Source: Podarcis cretensis (Eukaryota). Taken from it: DNA of 64,000 nucleotides. The position numbers were made by a program, and so were the translations under genes. The first letter of the stretch is position 1. The number at the start of each line of letters is the position of its first letter. A model generated the notes under the pieces. It was not told where the DNA came from. It saw only the letters and a program-made list of their open reading frames with translations, and ran no database searches. The DNA is taken from the NCBI GenBank assembly GCA_951804945.1, contig OX638149.1:48546001-48610000 (forward strand), in the 5' to 3' direction. Below, piece by piece: positions 51,901-60,417 of this stretch.

Positions 51901-54900
51901 ATGATTTGTTTCTTCTGAACATTTAAAAGAACTCATATGAAGTCAGCCTGGATAGCTCAGTTGGTTAGGGCATGGTCCTGATAACGCCAAGGTTGCAGGT
52001 TCAATCCTTGTAAAGGAAAGCTGCATATTCCTGCATTGCAGGGGGGTTGGACCAGATGATCCTCAGGGTCCCTTCCAACTCTAAGGTTCTGTGATTCTAT
52101 GAATGAGATACCATCGTTGCACAGCAGTTAGTGTTGGACAAGGACATGAGAGGCCAGCCTTGGCCAAGTCACTGCCTCTCAGCCTAACCCCTGTATCACA
52201 GAGGGTATCACAGAGTTGTTGTGGGGATTAAATGAAGAGGGGGAGAACCATGTATGCCACCTTAGGAGCTCTTAGAGTAAAAAAAGGTGGGATATAAATG
52301 CAGCAAATAATGATTCATTGAAGCACAGGAAACAATAAGTGCATGTGCACACATAACTCACTCTGTGTGTGTGTTCCACACGTAACTGAACATTAGTGTA
52401 TATGAGTGAGCCTTCAGTACTAAGTTGAACAAATTACTAAGTGTGATTGTGTAATCATTGGGGAAGATTCTTCTTCATTGCAAACATAGAAACCATTGAA
52501 GTTTTCTTAAAAGGACAGAGAAAGAAATAATAGATACCTCAATCTCTCCCAAACTGAATTAGCAGCATTGAGTGCCATAGAAGGACATCTTACAGAATAA
52601 TATGGCCCTCACCCCATGTAATTATTTCCTTTCCTTGATCAATTCACTTCATATTAAATTATTGCATTTGCCTACTGAAATCTTTGTTTCCAATAAAATA
52701 CTGACATCTGCTAATTTTTTCTATTCTCATTTTCAAAGGATCAATGTGTTTTTTATATTCTCATATAATCAGGTTGTCCCAAATAAAATGCATGCTTTCT
52801 CATTTTCGTGTACTTATAGCAAGACCTCAAAGAAAATCCAGATTAAACTGACTAAAGCCACAAGACAGCGTGAATTTTTGGATGTTTGAGTCAATGTATC
52901 CAACTCTGTGTTGGATTGGGGTTCTAGAAAACTACCAGTGCATATATAAAATTGAAAACAGTAGGGATGGAGGAAACTGTTCCAATATTTTCAACAAGTT
53001 CCCACTTTGGGCATTTGCCCAATCTGGAGTAAACTTCTATTTCCAAGAACAAAAGAAAAAAGCATAACTGACCCCCAAAAATGGATTGACTCTCTGTTTT
53101 GGCCAACATAAGACAGTTGAGGTAAGTAGTGTCAAATCCTAGGCCCCACCTTCATGAGATCTGTTCTGTGGAGCTTGTGATGGAGACTGGCAGCATACAA
53201 GCCCCTTCTCTGACCAGCCCAGCTCTTTTGCCCAGTGTCCTCTCCCCTTTGTTGGAAGTGTGGAGGACATTCTCTCTGTATGTTGACATTTTCCCCACAG
53301 AAGTGGCAGAAAGGAAGCTGACAATGGAAGAGGAGGAAGCCAAGCGTATTGCAGAGATGGGGAAGCCAATACTGGGCGAGCATCCTAAGCTGGAGGTCAT
53401 CATTGAAGAGTCCTATGAATTCAAGGTCAGTGTTGGGTATCAGGAGACTTTGGAGGAGGAAGTACAGGAAAGGGATTGACCAGAGAATGAATAAAGGATG
53501 AAAGGAAGGGAAGAAAGAGTGGTGTATGAAAAGGGAAACAACAGTGAAGGGCAGGGAAAGAGAGAGGTATAGGCTCTGAGGGGGGAAGAGAAGAAAATGA
53601 GAAAAATAAGTAGCAAGACCATGGAGAAAAGGATAGGGGGGAATCTGAGGAAAAATAAAGTAATACTTGAATTACAACGTTACAGAATTAGGCTGCCTTC
53701 TATCATCCAACAACCCTCTCCTGACATGTGACTGCTGAAAATAAGGCCAATAAAACAGATTGTTTGAACAGCAACTTGGCCAGATATGCCCAACAATTAC
53801 ATGGCCATGCACAGCTAAGAAGAGTTGTCACCATTCATTCCGTTGATTAATCCAATGGCTGCCATTGAAAGACAAAATCTGGAAAAGAAGCAAATCTCCT
53901 AACCCTAAGCAGCTGGCAAATATATCACCAGAAAAAGCATTCCTTATTATGCTTCACATGAAAGAACAGATGATAGTAAATGTTGTTCTTTAGCGCCTAC
54001 TCAGTCTGCGCAGTCATGTTTACAACTGTGCTTCTTAAAAAGAGAGAGATTCCTATACATTTGTCAGTAAAAACATTTGCTTGCACTGTTCCCTTTTGCC
54101 TTACTGTTTGTTGTAGCAGATGGACATAAAACCTGTTTACTGTGGTCACAGTCACAGTCAAGAGTTGAAAAGGAAGTAGAGAGCATTGGGTCACGTGCGG
54201 GATATCATTTCCATGCTGCTTCAGCCTTGGATTCCTCCGCCAGTCTCTTTCACTTCTTTGGTCTTGAAATTGGGCAGTAGAGGCAGATTTCACTCTAGGG
54301 CCACCAGTTGGCCATCAAGGGAAGCTTGCCTTCCAACTGACCGGATTCTAAGCTTACCTCCTCTTCTTTTCTTTCCTAACATGGCAGTGGTTTGTTCTGT
54401 GGGAATATAGTTTTCTTATCATTAAGCTGTGAAAGACATGGTGGCGGCCATCAGCTTGAGCCCTGTTTGGAGGGGTGGGACTTGCTCCTGTGTTGGTCAA
54501 CACTGGATCGGGAATTGGAGGACCACTGAGTGGCTCCTGTCCCTAACCCTGGCACAGAGAACCTTAGCGTGTGCAGCTGTATTCGCAAAAGCATCACAGA
54601 AATCTACGCTCTTTGTGCAAAGGCTAGGGGGAGGAGCTATGCAGTACATTGCTGCTCCTGTACACAAACAGGTGCCTATTCTTTGTGTTTCTGTCATTGA
54701 CAGAGTACCGTGGACAAGCTCATCAAGAAGACAAACCTGGCCTTGGTTGTAGGAACGCATTCGTGGCGGGACCAGTTCCTGGAAGCCATTACTGTCAGTG
54801 CAGGTGAGATGGGGTACTGGGACCCACAGTGAGAGAGGAGGAAAAAAACATTTTGATTATCACTGTGCCCTGCACCACCTACCACTAAGGTCTCCACTCA

Positions 54901-57900
54901 GAGGCCTCAGATTTGCAGATGGGCCAGAGTTTTTGCAGGCTTTCCCTCCTATGTTTTGCTATCTTGTTTCACCCACACATTGGACACAGAATGACTGCTC
55001 ACCAGCATCTTAAACAACAAATGTTACCTTTTTTTTATTTGCACATTTGCAAAACGTAAATCTAGGTGACTCTTTAAGATATTCAAGGAAATGTGAGATC
55101 AGTCACTGGTAAAAGGAGCAGCTTTTTCATTGAACTTTCTCTCCCTCCGCCTCCAATTTCTATCACAGAGACTTGCCAAGATCAAAATAGCCTCAAAAAT
55201 GAACTGCATTGCTCACTTAATTCTCAGATTCAATAATTAAAAGTAGCCCTCACCAATTAAAATGGATCCATCCTGATTAATCAACAAGATTAAACTAGTT
55301 GATTGGTCTGCTAGATTATATTAGGACACTTAATTCATCCCAGCTTCACCTACACTTTGGCAGCTCACATGAAGCATGGAAATTGCCCCCTTAGTTCTCA
55401 GTCATGAACAGTGCTTAAAAACAATTTTCTTTTGTGGTTGGGATTATGAGTGACCCAGGATTAAGCATTAAAAAGAAAGCCCCACAAAGAAACTGTATAA
55501 TATTTTGGCACAAAATAGAATATAAAAAGGTAGCAAATAAAACAGAAGAAATCAGCTGCTTCCCTTTTAAAGCTGTGGTACCCCATTGCGAGATGTTTCA
55601 TGAGGCACCTTAGCTTGCTGGGCACGTTGCATTCTTCCTGGATGAAGGGTTAATTTCCAATCAGCCAACGTAGGTAAAATGGATGGGAAGCAGGCTTAGC
55701 CATCCTGAAGGATGCCTCCAAGGACACCCCTTGTCTTTCTTCCATATAAATGACTTTGCACTTGGAGCCATTGCCGTGATGAGGGCAAAACCATCCTTCC
55801 ACCCTGATGCCAGGTATCCCACGTGCCACACCCATTTTACTAGCTTCATTTAATAACAGCGAGTGTGTTAAGGCAGTGTTTCCCAACCGTGGGCCTCCAG
55901 CTGTTTTTGGACTACAACTCCCATCATCCCTAGCTGGCAAGACAGGGATGATGGGAATTGTAGTTCAAAAACAGCTGGAGGCCCAAGGTTGGGAAACACT
56001 GTGTTACGGTATGGCAAAGCTCACAACAAGGAGAAGCCTGTGCTCCAGTGTCTTGTCAGTGACTGTGTGGTTCAACTACTGTGTTGTGCAGGGAAGCCAT
56101 TTCTTTGAATACCCTTTGAGTTCAAATGTATGCTTGCTTGCTTGCTTGCTTGCTTCGTGTGAGAAAAGATGAATAAGAATGCCTGAGTGGCCTTCAGTAT
56201 TTTCATGATGCTGTTGCTATGGTAATAAATATGACCATATCCTCTGAGTCCTCATGCAAGAACAAAGTTAAGGGCATTATGAGATGATTCTCTTGTTGTT
56301 GACCCACTTTCAAAGATGCTGGTACCATTACAGGGTGTGGGGAACGCCATTGCTGTCCTTAGGCATTTCACCTTCCTAACCCTCAGTAGTCCCAGAGAAG
56401 CAGAGGAAACTAAGGCAAAGCTAACAGAAGCATTTATTTTTCCAGCTCTAATTAAGACCTCTGAGTGGAAAGAGGCTTTTACTGTGGTCAGCTTAGAGGA
56501 CAGTATATCTCCTGGTTAGCTTCCCAAAGTAAGCAACTCACTACTTCTGTGTTTCTAAAGGTCATGAATGTTCTTGCCGGCAAGAATCATAGTCTAACGA
56601 CTCATGGCAAGATCAGATTTTGAGGCACCTTTTGGGAGGGTCAGGCAGCAGCAAGGTAGGATGGGAATACTGCAAGCAAGGAAGGCAGGTTAATGTCCAG
56701 GAAGGGCTATTCATGTCTGCAGGTAGAGGGGGTAGATGTAGGTCAAGGGCAGCCAATCTTTGGCCCTCCAGAAGTTGTTGGACTCCAACACCCATCAGCC
56801 CCAGCCAGCATGATCGGAGACAATGTCTAGCAACATCTGGAACACACGTTCTCCACCCCTACTGCAGAAGGTCAGAGTAACAAAGCAGCTGTAGAAAGCA
56901 AGTACCAGAACTCACAAGAACTTCCTGCGATGCTGTGGAGTGGTGACGCTCAATGTAGTGTGGTTCCCACAGAGACTACCAATTCAGTGTTTCCTCTTTC
57001 CTGTTTCCTGCAGCTGGCGATGAGGACGAGGATGAGTCTGGCGAAGAGCGCCTGCCCTCCTGCTTTGACTATGTCATGCACTTCCTGACAGTCTTCTGGA
57101 AGGTGCTCTTTGCCTGCGTCCCGCCCACCGAGTACTGCAACGGCTGGGCTTGCTTCATCGTGTCCATCTTGATCATCGGCATGCTCACCGCCGTCATTGG
57201 AGACTTGGCTTCTCACTTTGGCTGCACCATTGGCCTCAAGGATTCAGTGACTGCTGTTATCTTTGTGGCCTTTGGGACTTCAGTTCCAGGTGAGGAGGCT
57301 CTTGGGTGAATGGTTGGCTTTCTCTATGTTTGGCCAGGCATACCAGTGCGGTGGGGGGCAGAATATGCTTGGGAGATGCAGCAGCAGAGGCTGCTCCCCC
57401 TTTCCCCTGCCTGCCATTGCCTTCCTCCTTTCCTGGTGCAGCAATTCCACAACTTTTTTTCTACCCCATAATGCTGCACATTTTCCCCCAGTCTCTGAGA
57501 CTGTTTGGGAGCACAAGTGCTGGAAATAGCTTGGGAGCAGGGTTGTGGGGAAAAGAAGTAATCATGTAACCACACACCAACTTATCCCCTTGACATGGTC
57601 ATATCTGTTACATGAAAAGCACACACTTTCCTATGATGGCTGGTTATCTGAAATGACTACCACAGTTAAGAGGTTTCTTAACGCACAATACTTTCAGCCT
57701 GAAAGCAAAATGAGCGCCAGAACCCCATAGTCGCTTTTGACTGGACTTAACTGTCCAAGGGTCCTTTACCTTTTTTGCCTTTTATGTTTTGAATACATTT
57801 CACTGTAATCTGTGATTTTCATATTGTGCGTTGCCCCCGTATGTGAGTAGTTACGCTAAAAGGTGGCTTATAAACCTTTTAGATTAATGCATATTCCACT

Positions 57901-58635
57901 GATTATATGCCTTGATTCTTCTGAGGTGATAGTCATACCTGAACCTGGGATGCACCACTTCAGATTGCAGCTGGGGTTCACACGACTAAATGCTCCTCCT
58001 CACAACAAATAAACAGATAGATGAAATTCCTTTGCCACTATGCGAGTTCTCACTGCAGACTGAAATGCTCTAGCCCAGACACAGGGTTGTTTACCACCTC
58101 ATTGAAGTGGGGCCTACGTTTCCAACTCTTCTCCTTGCACCCCAAAAAGATACTTCCATCCTCTGTCTGCCAGTATCTTGCTCTAAGTTAGCATGACTGA
58201 CCCACCTCCCGCTGTTTTCCGTTGTTCCTCATGCCCTCGTTTCACCTCTCACTTTCAGACACTTTTGCTAGCAAAGCAGCCGCCGTCCAGGACGTGTATG
58301 CAGATGCTTCCATTGGCAATGTCACGGGCAGCAATGCCGTCAACGTCTTCTTGGGCATTGGACTGGCGTGGTCAGTGGCCGCCATCTACTGGGCTTACCA
58401 GGGAGAGGAGTTCCACGTGTCAGCAGGCACCCTCGCCTTCTCTGTGACGCTGTTCACCATCTTCGCATTCGTCTGCGTCAGCGTCCTGCTGTACCGGAGG
58501 CGGCCTCACCTCGGAGGGGAACTGGGGGGCCCCAAAGGGTGCAGACTTGCCACAACTTTGCTCTTTGTGAGCTTGTGGCTCCTGTACATTTTGTTTGCCA
58601 CCCTGGAGGCCTATTGCTACATCAAAGGGTTCTAA
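25188..58635 (+). CDS. SLC8A3: SLC8A3/NCX3 sodium/calcium exchanger 3, 3' coding portion (multi-exon; large first coding exon lies upstream of the window)
   Basis: Seven GT-AG exons with compatible phases encode the CBD2 splice region, KLEVIIEESYEFK, the alpha-2 repeat GTSVPDTFASK...GNVTGSNAVNVFLG and the C-terminus LEAYCYIKGF*. Exon B WMERGIS, exon C ALLLxx and C-terminal YCYIKGF are NCX3-type rather than NCX1/NCX2 (recalled family knowledge). Confidence 0.95.
26824..26872. repeat. (CA)n microsatellite in the exon A-B intron
   Basis: Direct reading. Confidence 0.95.
28017..28235. mobile_element. hAT-type MITE
   Basis: TIR tagggctgccata/tatggcaggccta; TSD gtagcacc/gcagcacc. Confidence 0.8.
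29327..29430 (+). CDS. SLC8A3: NCX3 mutually exclusive exon B (104 nt), KTVRVNIVDEEEYERQENFFIALGEPKWMERGIS
   Basis: Acceptor cttgttgtccctacag|G, donor TCAG|gtgtga; same phases as exon A; embedded in ORF 29175..29597. Confidence 0.95.
30089..30454 (-). mobile_element. Sauria SINE, young copy
   Basis: Reverse complement closely matches 22147-22514; (AAAGGT)n tail. Confidence 0.92.
31844..32033 (+). mobile_element. tRNA-derived SINE (Squam3-like); related decayed copies near 2555-2715 (+), 13410-13715 (-) and 16790-16960 (-)
   Basis: agctcagtggtagagc A-box, ggttcaatc B-box, tail ataaggcagctttctatgttcct. Confidence 0.75.
33508..35417 (+). mobile_element. Decayed Ty1/copia LTR retrotransposon (integrase C-terminus, RNase H, PPT, probable 3' LTR 35021-35417)
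   Basis: RSLLEMALCML...ATAVYLQSRLP...TPFELW...KLDSRA...IGYALRSKGYKV...HFDE (integrase); VDAD*A...KSTGGFLF and HARPKHIGVKYYYV...EMTASILTNSLPR (RNase H); IN-before-RH order; gagaaggggtt then TG...CA. Confidence 0.82.
36640..37700 (-). mobile_element. Decayed L2 LINE 3' fragment
   Basis: Minus-strand WMRAKKLGLNPGK motif (ORF 37319..37510) and an (ATTC/ATTT)n tail; boundaries approximate. Confidence 0.65.
39219..39236 (+). CDS. SLC8A3: NCX3 cassette microexon C (18 nt), (A)LLLTQ
   Basis: Long U-rich tract + tag|CACTCCTCTTGACACAAG|gtaagt; frame-preserving (phase 1-1); equivalent to mammalian NCX3 ALLLSP. Confidence 0.88.
39922..39984. repeat. Compound (GT)n(GA)n microsatellite
   Basis: Direct reading. 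Confidence 0.95.
42522..42751. mobile_element. Tc1/mariner (Tigger-like) MITE
   Basis: gtacctctggttgc ... gaggtatgactg|TA; CpG-rich palindromic interior; left TIR degenerate. Confidence 0.7.
43952..43984. repeat. (TTTG)n microsatellite
   Basis: Direct reading. Confidence 0.9.
45143..45295. other. Assembly gap (N run)
   Basis: Run of n. Confidence 1.
46322..46880 (-). mobile_element. CR1 LINE 3' fragment with a short nested insertion (~46610-46822)
   Basis: tagaattgtagagttggaagggacc tail; the reverse complement is similar to 850-1110. Confidence 0.8.
47341..47444. mobile_element. 104-bp hAT MITE
   Basis: TIR tagagatggga/tcccatctcta; perfect 8-bp TSD gcctgcac. Confidence 0.88.
47603..48695. 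mobile_element. Non-coding retrocopy, L1 5'UTR-like, with inverted structure and 17-bp TSD
   Basis: TSD gttaggaaaacattttt at 47586-47602 and 48696-48712; poly(T) + ttttatt at the left end, then a CpG-rich segment beginning ggggg...aagatggc. Confidence 0.75.
51498..51866. mobile_element. Old hAT-type non-autonomous element
   Basis: caggtgtgaggagcct ... aggttccccacccctg terminal inverted repeats. Confidence 0.6.
51945..52102 (+). mobile_element. tRNA(Ile)-derived SINE with CR1 3' tail
   Basis: tagctcagttggttag...ctgataacgccaagg...ggttcaatcc head fused to ttcctgcattgcagggg...ttccaactct...attctatga, the same tail as the CR1 at ~1070-1115. Confidence 0.82.
53301..53425 (+). CDS. SLC8A3: NCX3 constitutive exon (125 nt), EVAERKLTMEEEEAKRIAEMGKPILGEHPKLEVIIEESYEFK
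   Basis: ttccccacag|AAGTG ... TTCAAG|gtcagt; C-terminal part of CBD2. Confidence 0.95.
54704..54803 (+). CDS. SLC8A3: NCX3 constitutive exon (100 nt), STVDKLIKKTNLALVVGTHSWRDQFLEAITVSA
   Basis: cattgacag|AGTACC ... GTGCAG|gtgaga; not captured in frame by the ORF track, translated by hand. Confidence 0.95.
55874..56001. mobile_element. Palindromic hAT MITE; decayed relatives near 11080, 12700, 13455, 23300, 44140, 51260 and 56745
   Basis: Near-perfect ~58-bp arms cagtgtttcccaacc.../...ggttgggaaacactg; TSD tgttaagg/tgttacgg. Confidence 0.9.
57014..57289 (+). CDS. SLC8A3: NCX3 constitutive exon (276 nt), AGDEDEDESGEERLPSCFDYVMHFLTVFWK...FVAFGTSVP
   Basis: ttcctgcag|CTGGC ... GTTCCAG|gtgagg; TM segments and start of the alpha-2 repeat. 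Confidence 0.96.
57705..57775 (+). mobile_element. 5'-truncated Sauria SINE tail
   Basis: atgagcgccagaaccccatagtcgc...gggtcctttacctt matches the end of 14483-14868. Confidence 0.7.
58259..58635 (+). CDS. SLC8A3: NCX3 last coding exon, DTFASKAAAVQDVYADASIGNVTGSNAVNVFLG...LEAYCYIKGF*
   Basis: ctcactttcag|ACACT; ends at TAA 58633-58635; ORF 58222..58635. Confidence 0.96.
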
Positions 58636-59277
58636 GCCACGGAGCTGGAAGAAGGGAGGGCTTTCCCCCTCCTTCATTACCTCATTGGATGCCAGTCCTC
58701 AAAGCGTTGTCAAACCAGGACTGACAGCTATCAATCAAGATTCCATAACGGCCCAGACTGAAGGACAACTGGGCTTTAAGAAGGGCAAAACTATCCTCAT
58801 ACAAGGGGGGGGGGGGGGAACCCTGACAATTAAAATAAAGCCAACCATGTCAACCCAGCCGCTGATCCCATCCAGTCAAATCAGAAATGCCAGCAGCTTC
58901 TCAAAGTACCTATTTGTTCAAACGTTGCTGCTGACCTCAACTTTATTCCTTCCTCCGCCTTACCAAATGTCACGTATTCAGATGGAAAGCCTATAAATAA
59001 TTTGGGTGGATATTTCGGTGGTTTTTTAAAAAACAAAAAAACTGGGGGTGGCAAATCTTACTTGATCTATATTTTTCCTTTTTTAGCACTCAGTCAGGGC
59101 CTGAAAATGGTCAACACATCCAAACCTCACGCCAGTGTCAGTGCTGGAGATGAAAATGCTTTTCTTTTTCCTTCTTCTTCTTCTTTTTACATTGCATAAA
59201 CAATGTCTATGAAAAAGCTCGCTCTTTTCACTTTCTTTTAGAGTTACAGTGCTAGCCTGTTGCATTTGAAATGCAAA

Positions 59278-59358
59278 CACAGACAGACAGACCGACAGAC
59301 AGACAGACAGACAGACACACAGACACACAGACACACAGACACACAGACAGACAGACAC
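59278..59358. repeat. (CAGA)n/(CACAGA)n microsatellite in the 3' UTR
   Basis: Direct reading. Confidence 0.9.
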
Positions 59359-60169
59359 ATTCAGGAAATATACCATTGAAGGCTGGAGAATGTCACCTGC
59401 GTGGGCTACCAAAAAGAAAGAAAGAACAACCTGTAACATTATTGTATGTAACTTGTATATTTTGAATATGGCAATTCTCTTTGTGTAATTAACTTAAAGC
59501 TTTTGGCACTACAGAGAACTATATATATATAGTTGAAAGATAAATAAACCAACACAAAGGCAGGAGGGTGGGAGCCTGCAGTGTGGAAAACAGGAGTAAT
59601 GAAAAACAGCACAAGTTATTTTCCCCTCTCTATTTTGTTTTCATTTTTTGATCACAATAGACTGTTTGTTCTGTTTATGGGAGAAAAGAGAGAATATTTC
59701 TTTTTCTAAAGAAAAAAATGGAAATGAATTGATGTAAATAATTTGCTTTTTCTCACATTTGTTGGTGCATATGAAAAGAAATCTTTGAGGTCTTAAGGTG
59801 CCGCTCGAAGTCTTCCAAGCATTTTCTTCATGGGTTGGCTTTGTTCTTATAAAAACATTACAGGAGGAGGAATGAAATTCTGGTGGTCCCTCGTGGCGAG
59901 CAGTGCCAGGTGGTTGCTTCATGGATGGTGATCTGCTAGCTGCTTTAACATCCCATTTGTAAACGGAAGCTCTCAAACACTGCATTTTGATGTAATACTA
60001 GACTATGGTTTCATGTTACATGAACAAGCCTCAGGCATGTGCTCCCCCACCCCCACCCCACAACTCCTTTCTCTTTTAAGGAAGACACATAGGAGAGATT
60101 GGAAGCATCCATTTTCAGCTAAACACAGTTTGCCTTTATGCCCAAACTGAGAATTAGTTTTACAATATA

Positions 60170-60417
60170 CAGTCGTACCTTGGTTCTCGAACGCCTTGCG
60201 ACTCAGACCTTTTGGCTCCGGAACGCAGAAAACCCAGAAGTGAGTGTTGCGGTTTGCAAACGTTTTTTGGAAGCCGAATGTCTGCCGCTTCCGCAGCTTC
60301 CGATTGAGTGCAAGAAGTTCCTGCAGTCAATTGGATGCTGTGCCTTGGTTGTCGAACGTTTTTGGAAGTCCAATGGACTTCCGGAACAGATTCCATTCGA
60401 CAACTAAGGTATGACTG
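60170..60417. mobile_element. Tc1/mariner (Tigger-like) MITE in the presumptive 3' UTR
   Basis: TA|cagtcgtaccttggtt ... aactaaggtatgactg|TA. Confidence 0.85.

Noticed and set aside
51945-52015. tRNA-Ile gene
   Set aside because: The acceptor stem does not pair and the sequence runs into a CR1 tail; it is a SINE head.
58633-58645. Stop-codon readthrough
   Set aside because: TAA-G context, not the leaky TGA-CTAG motif.
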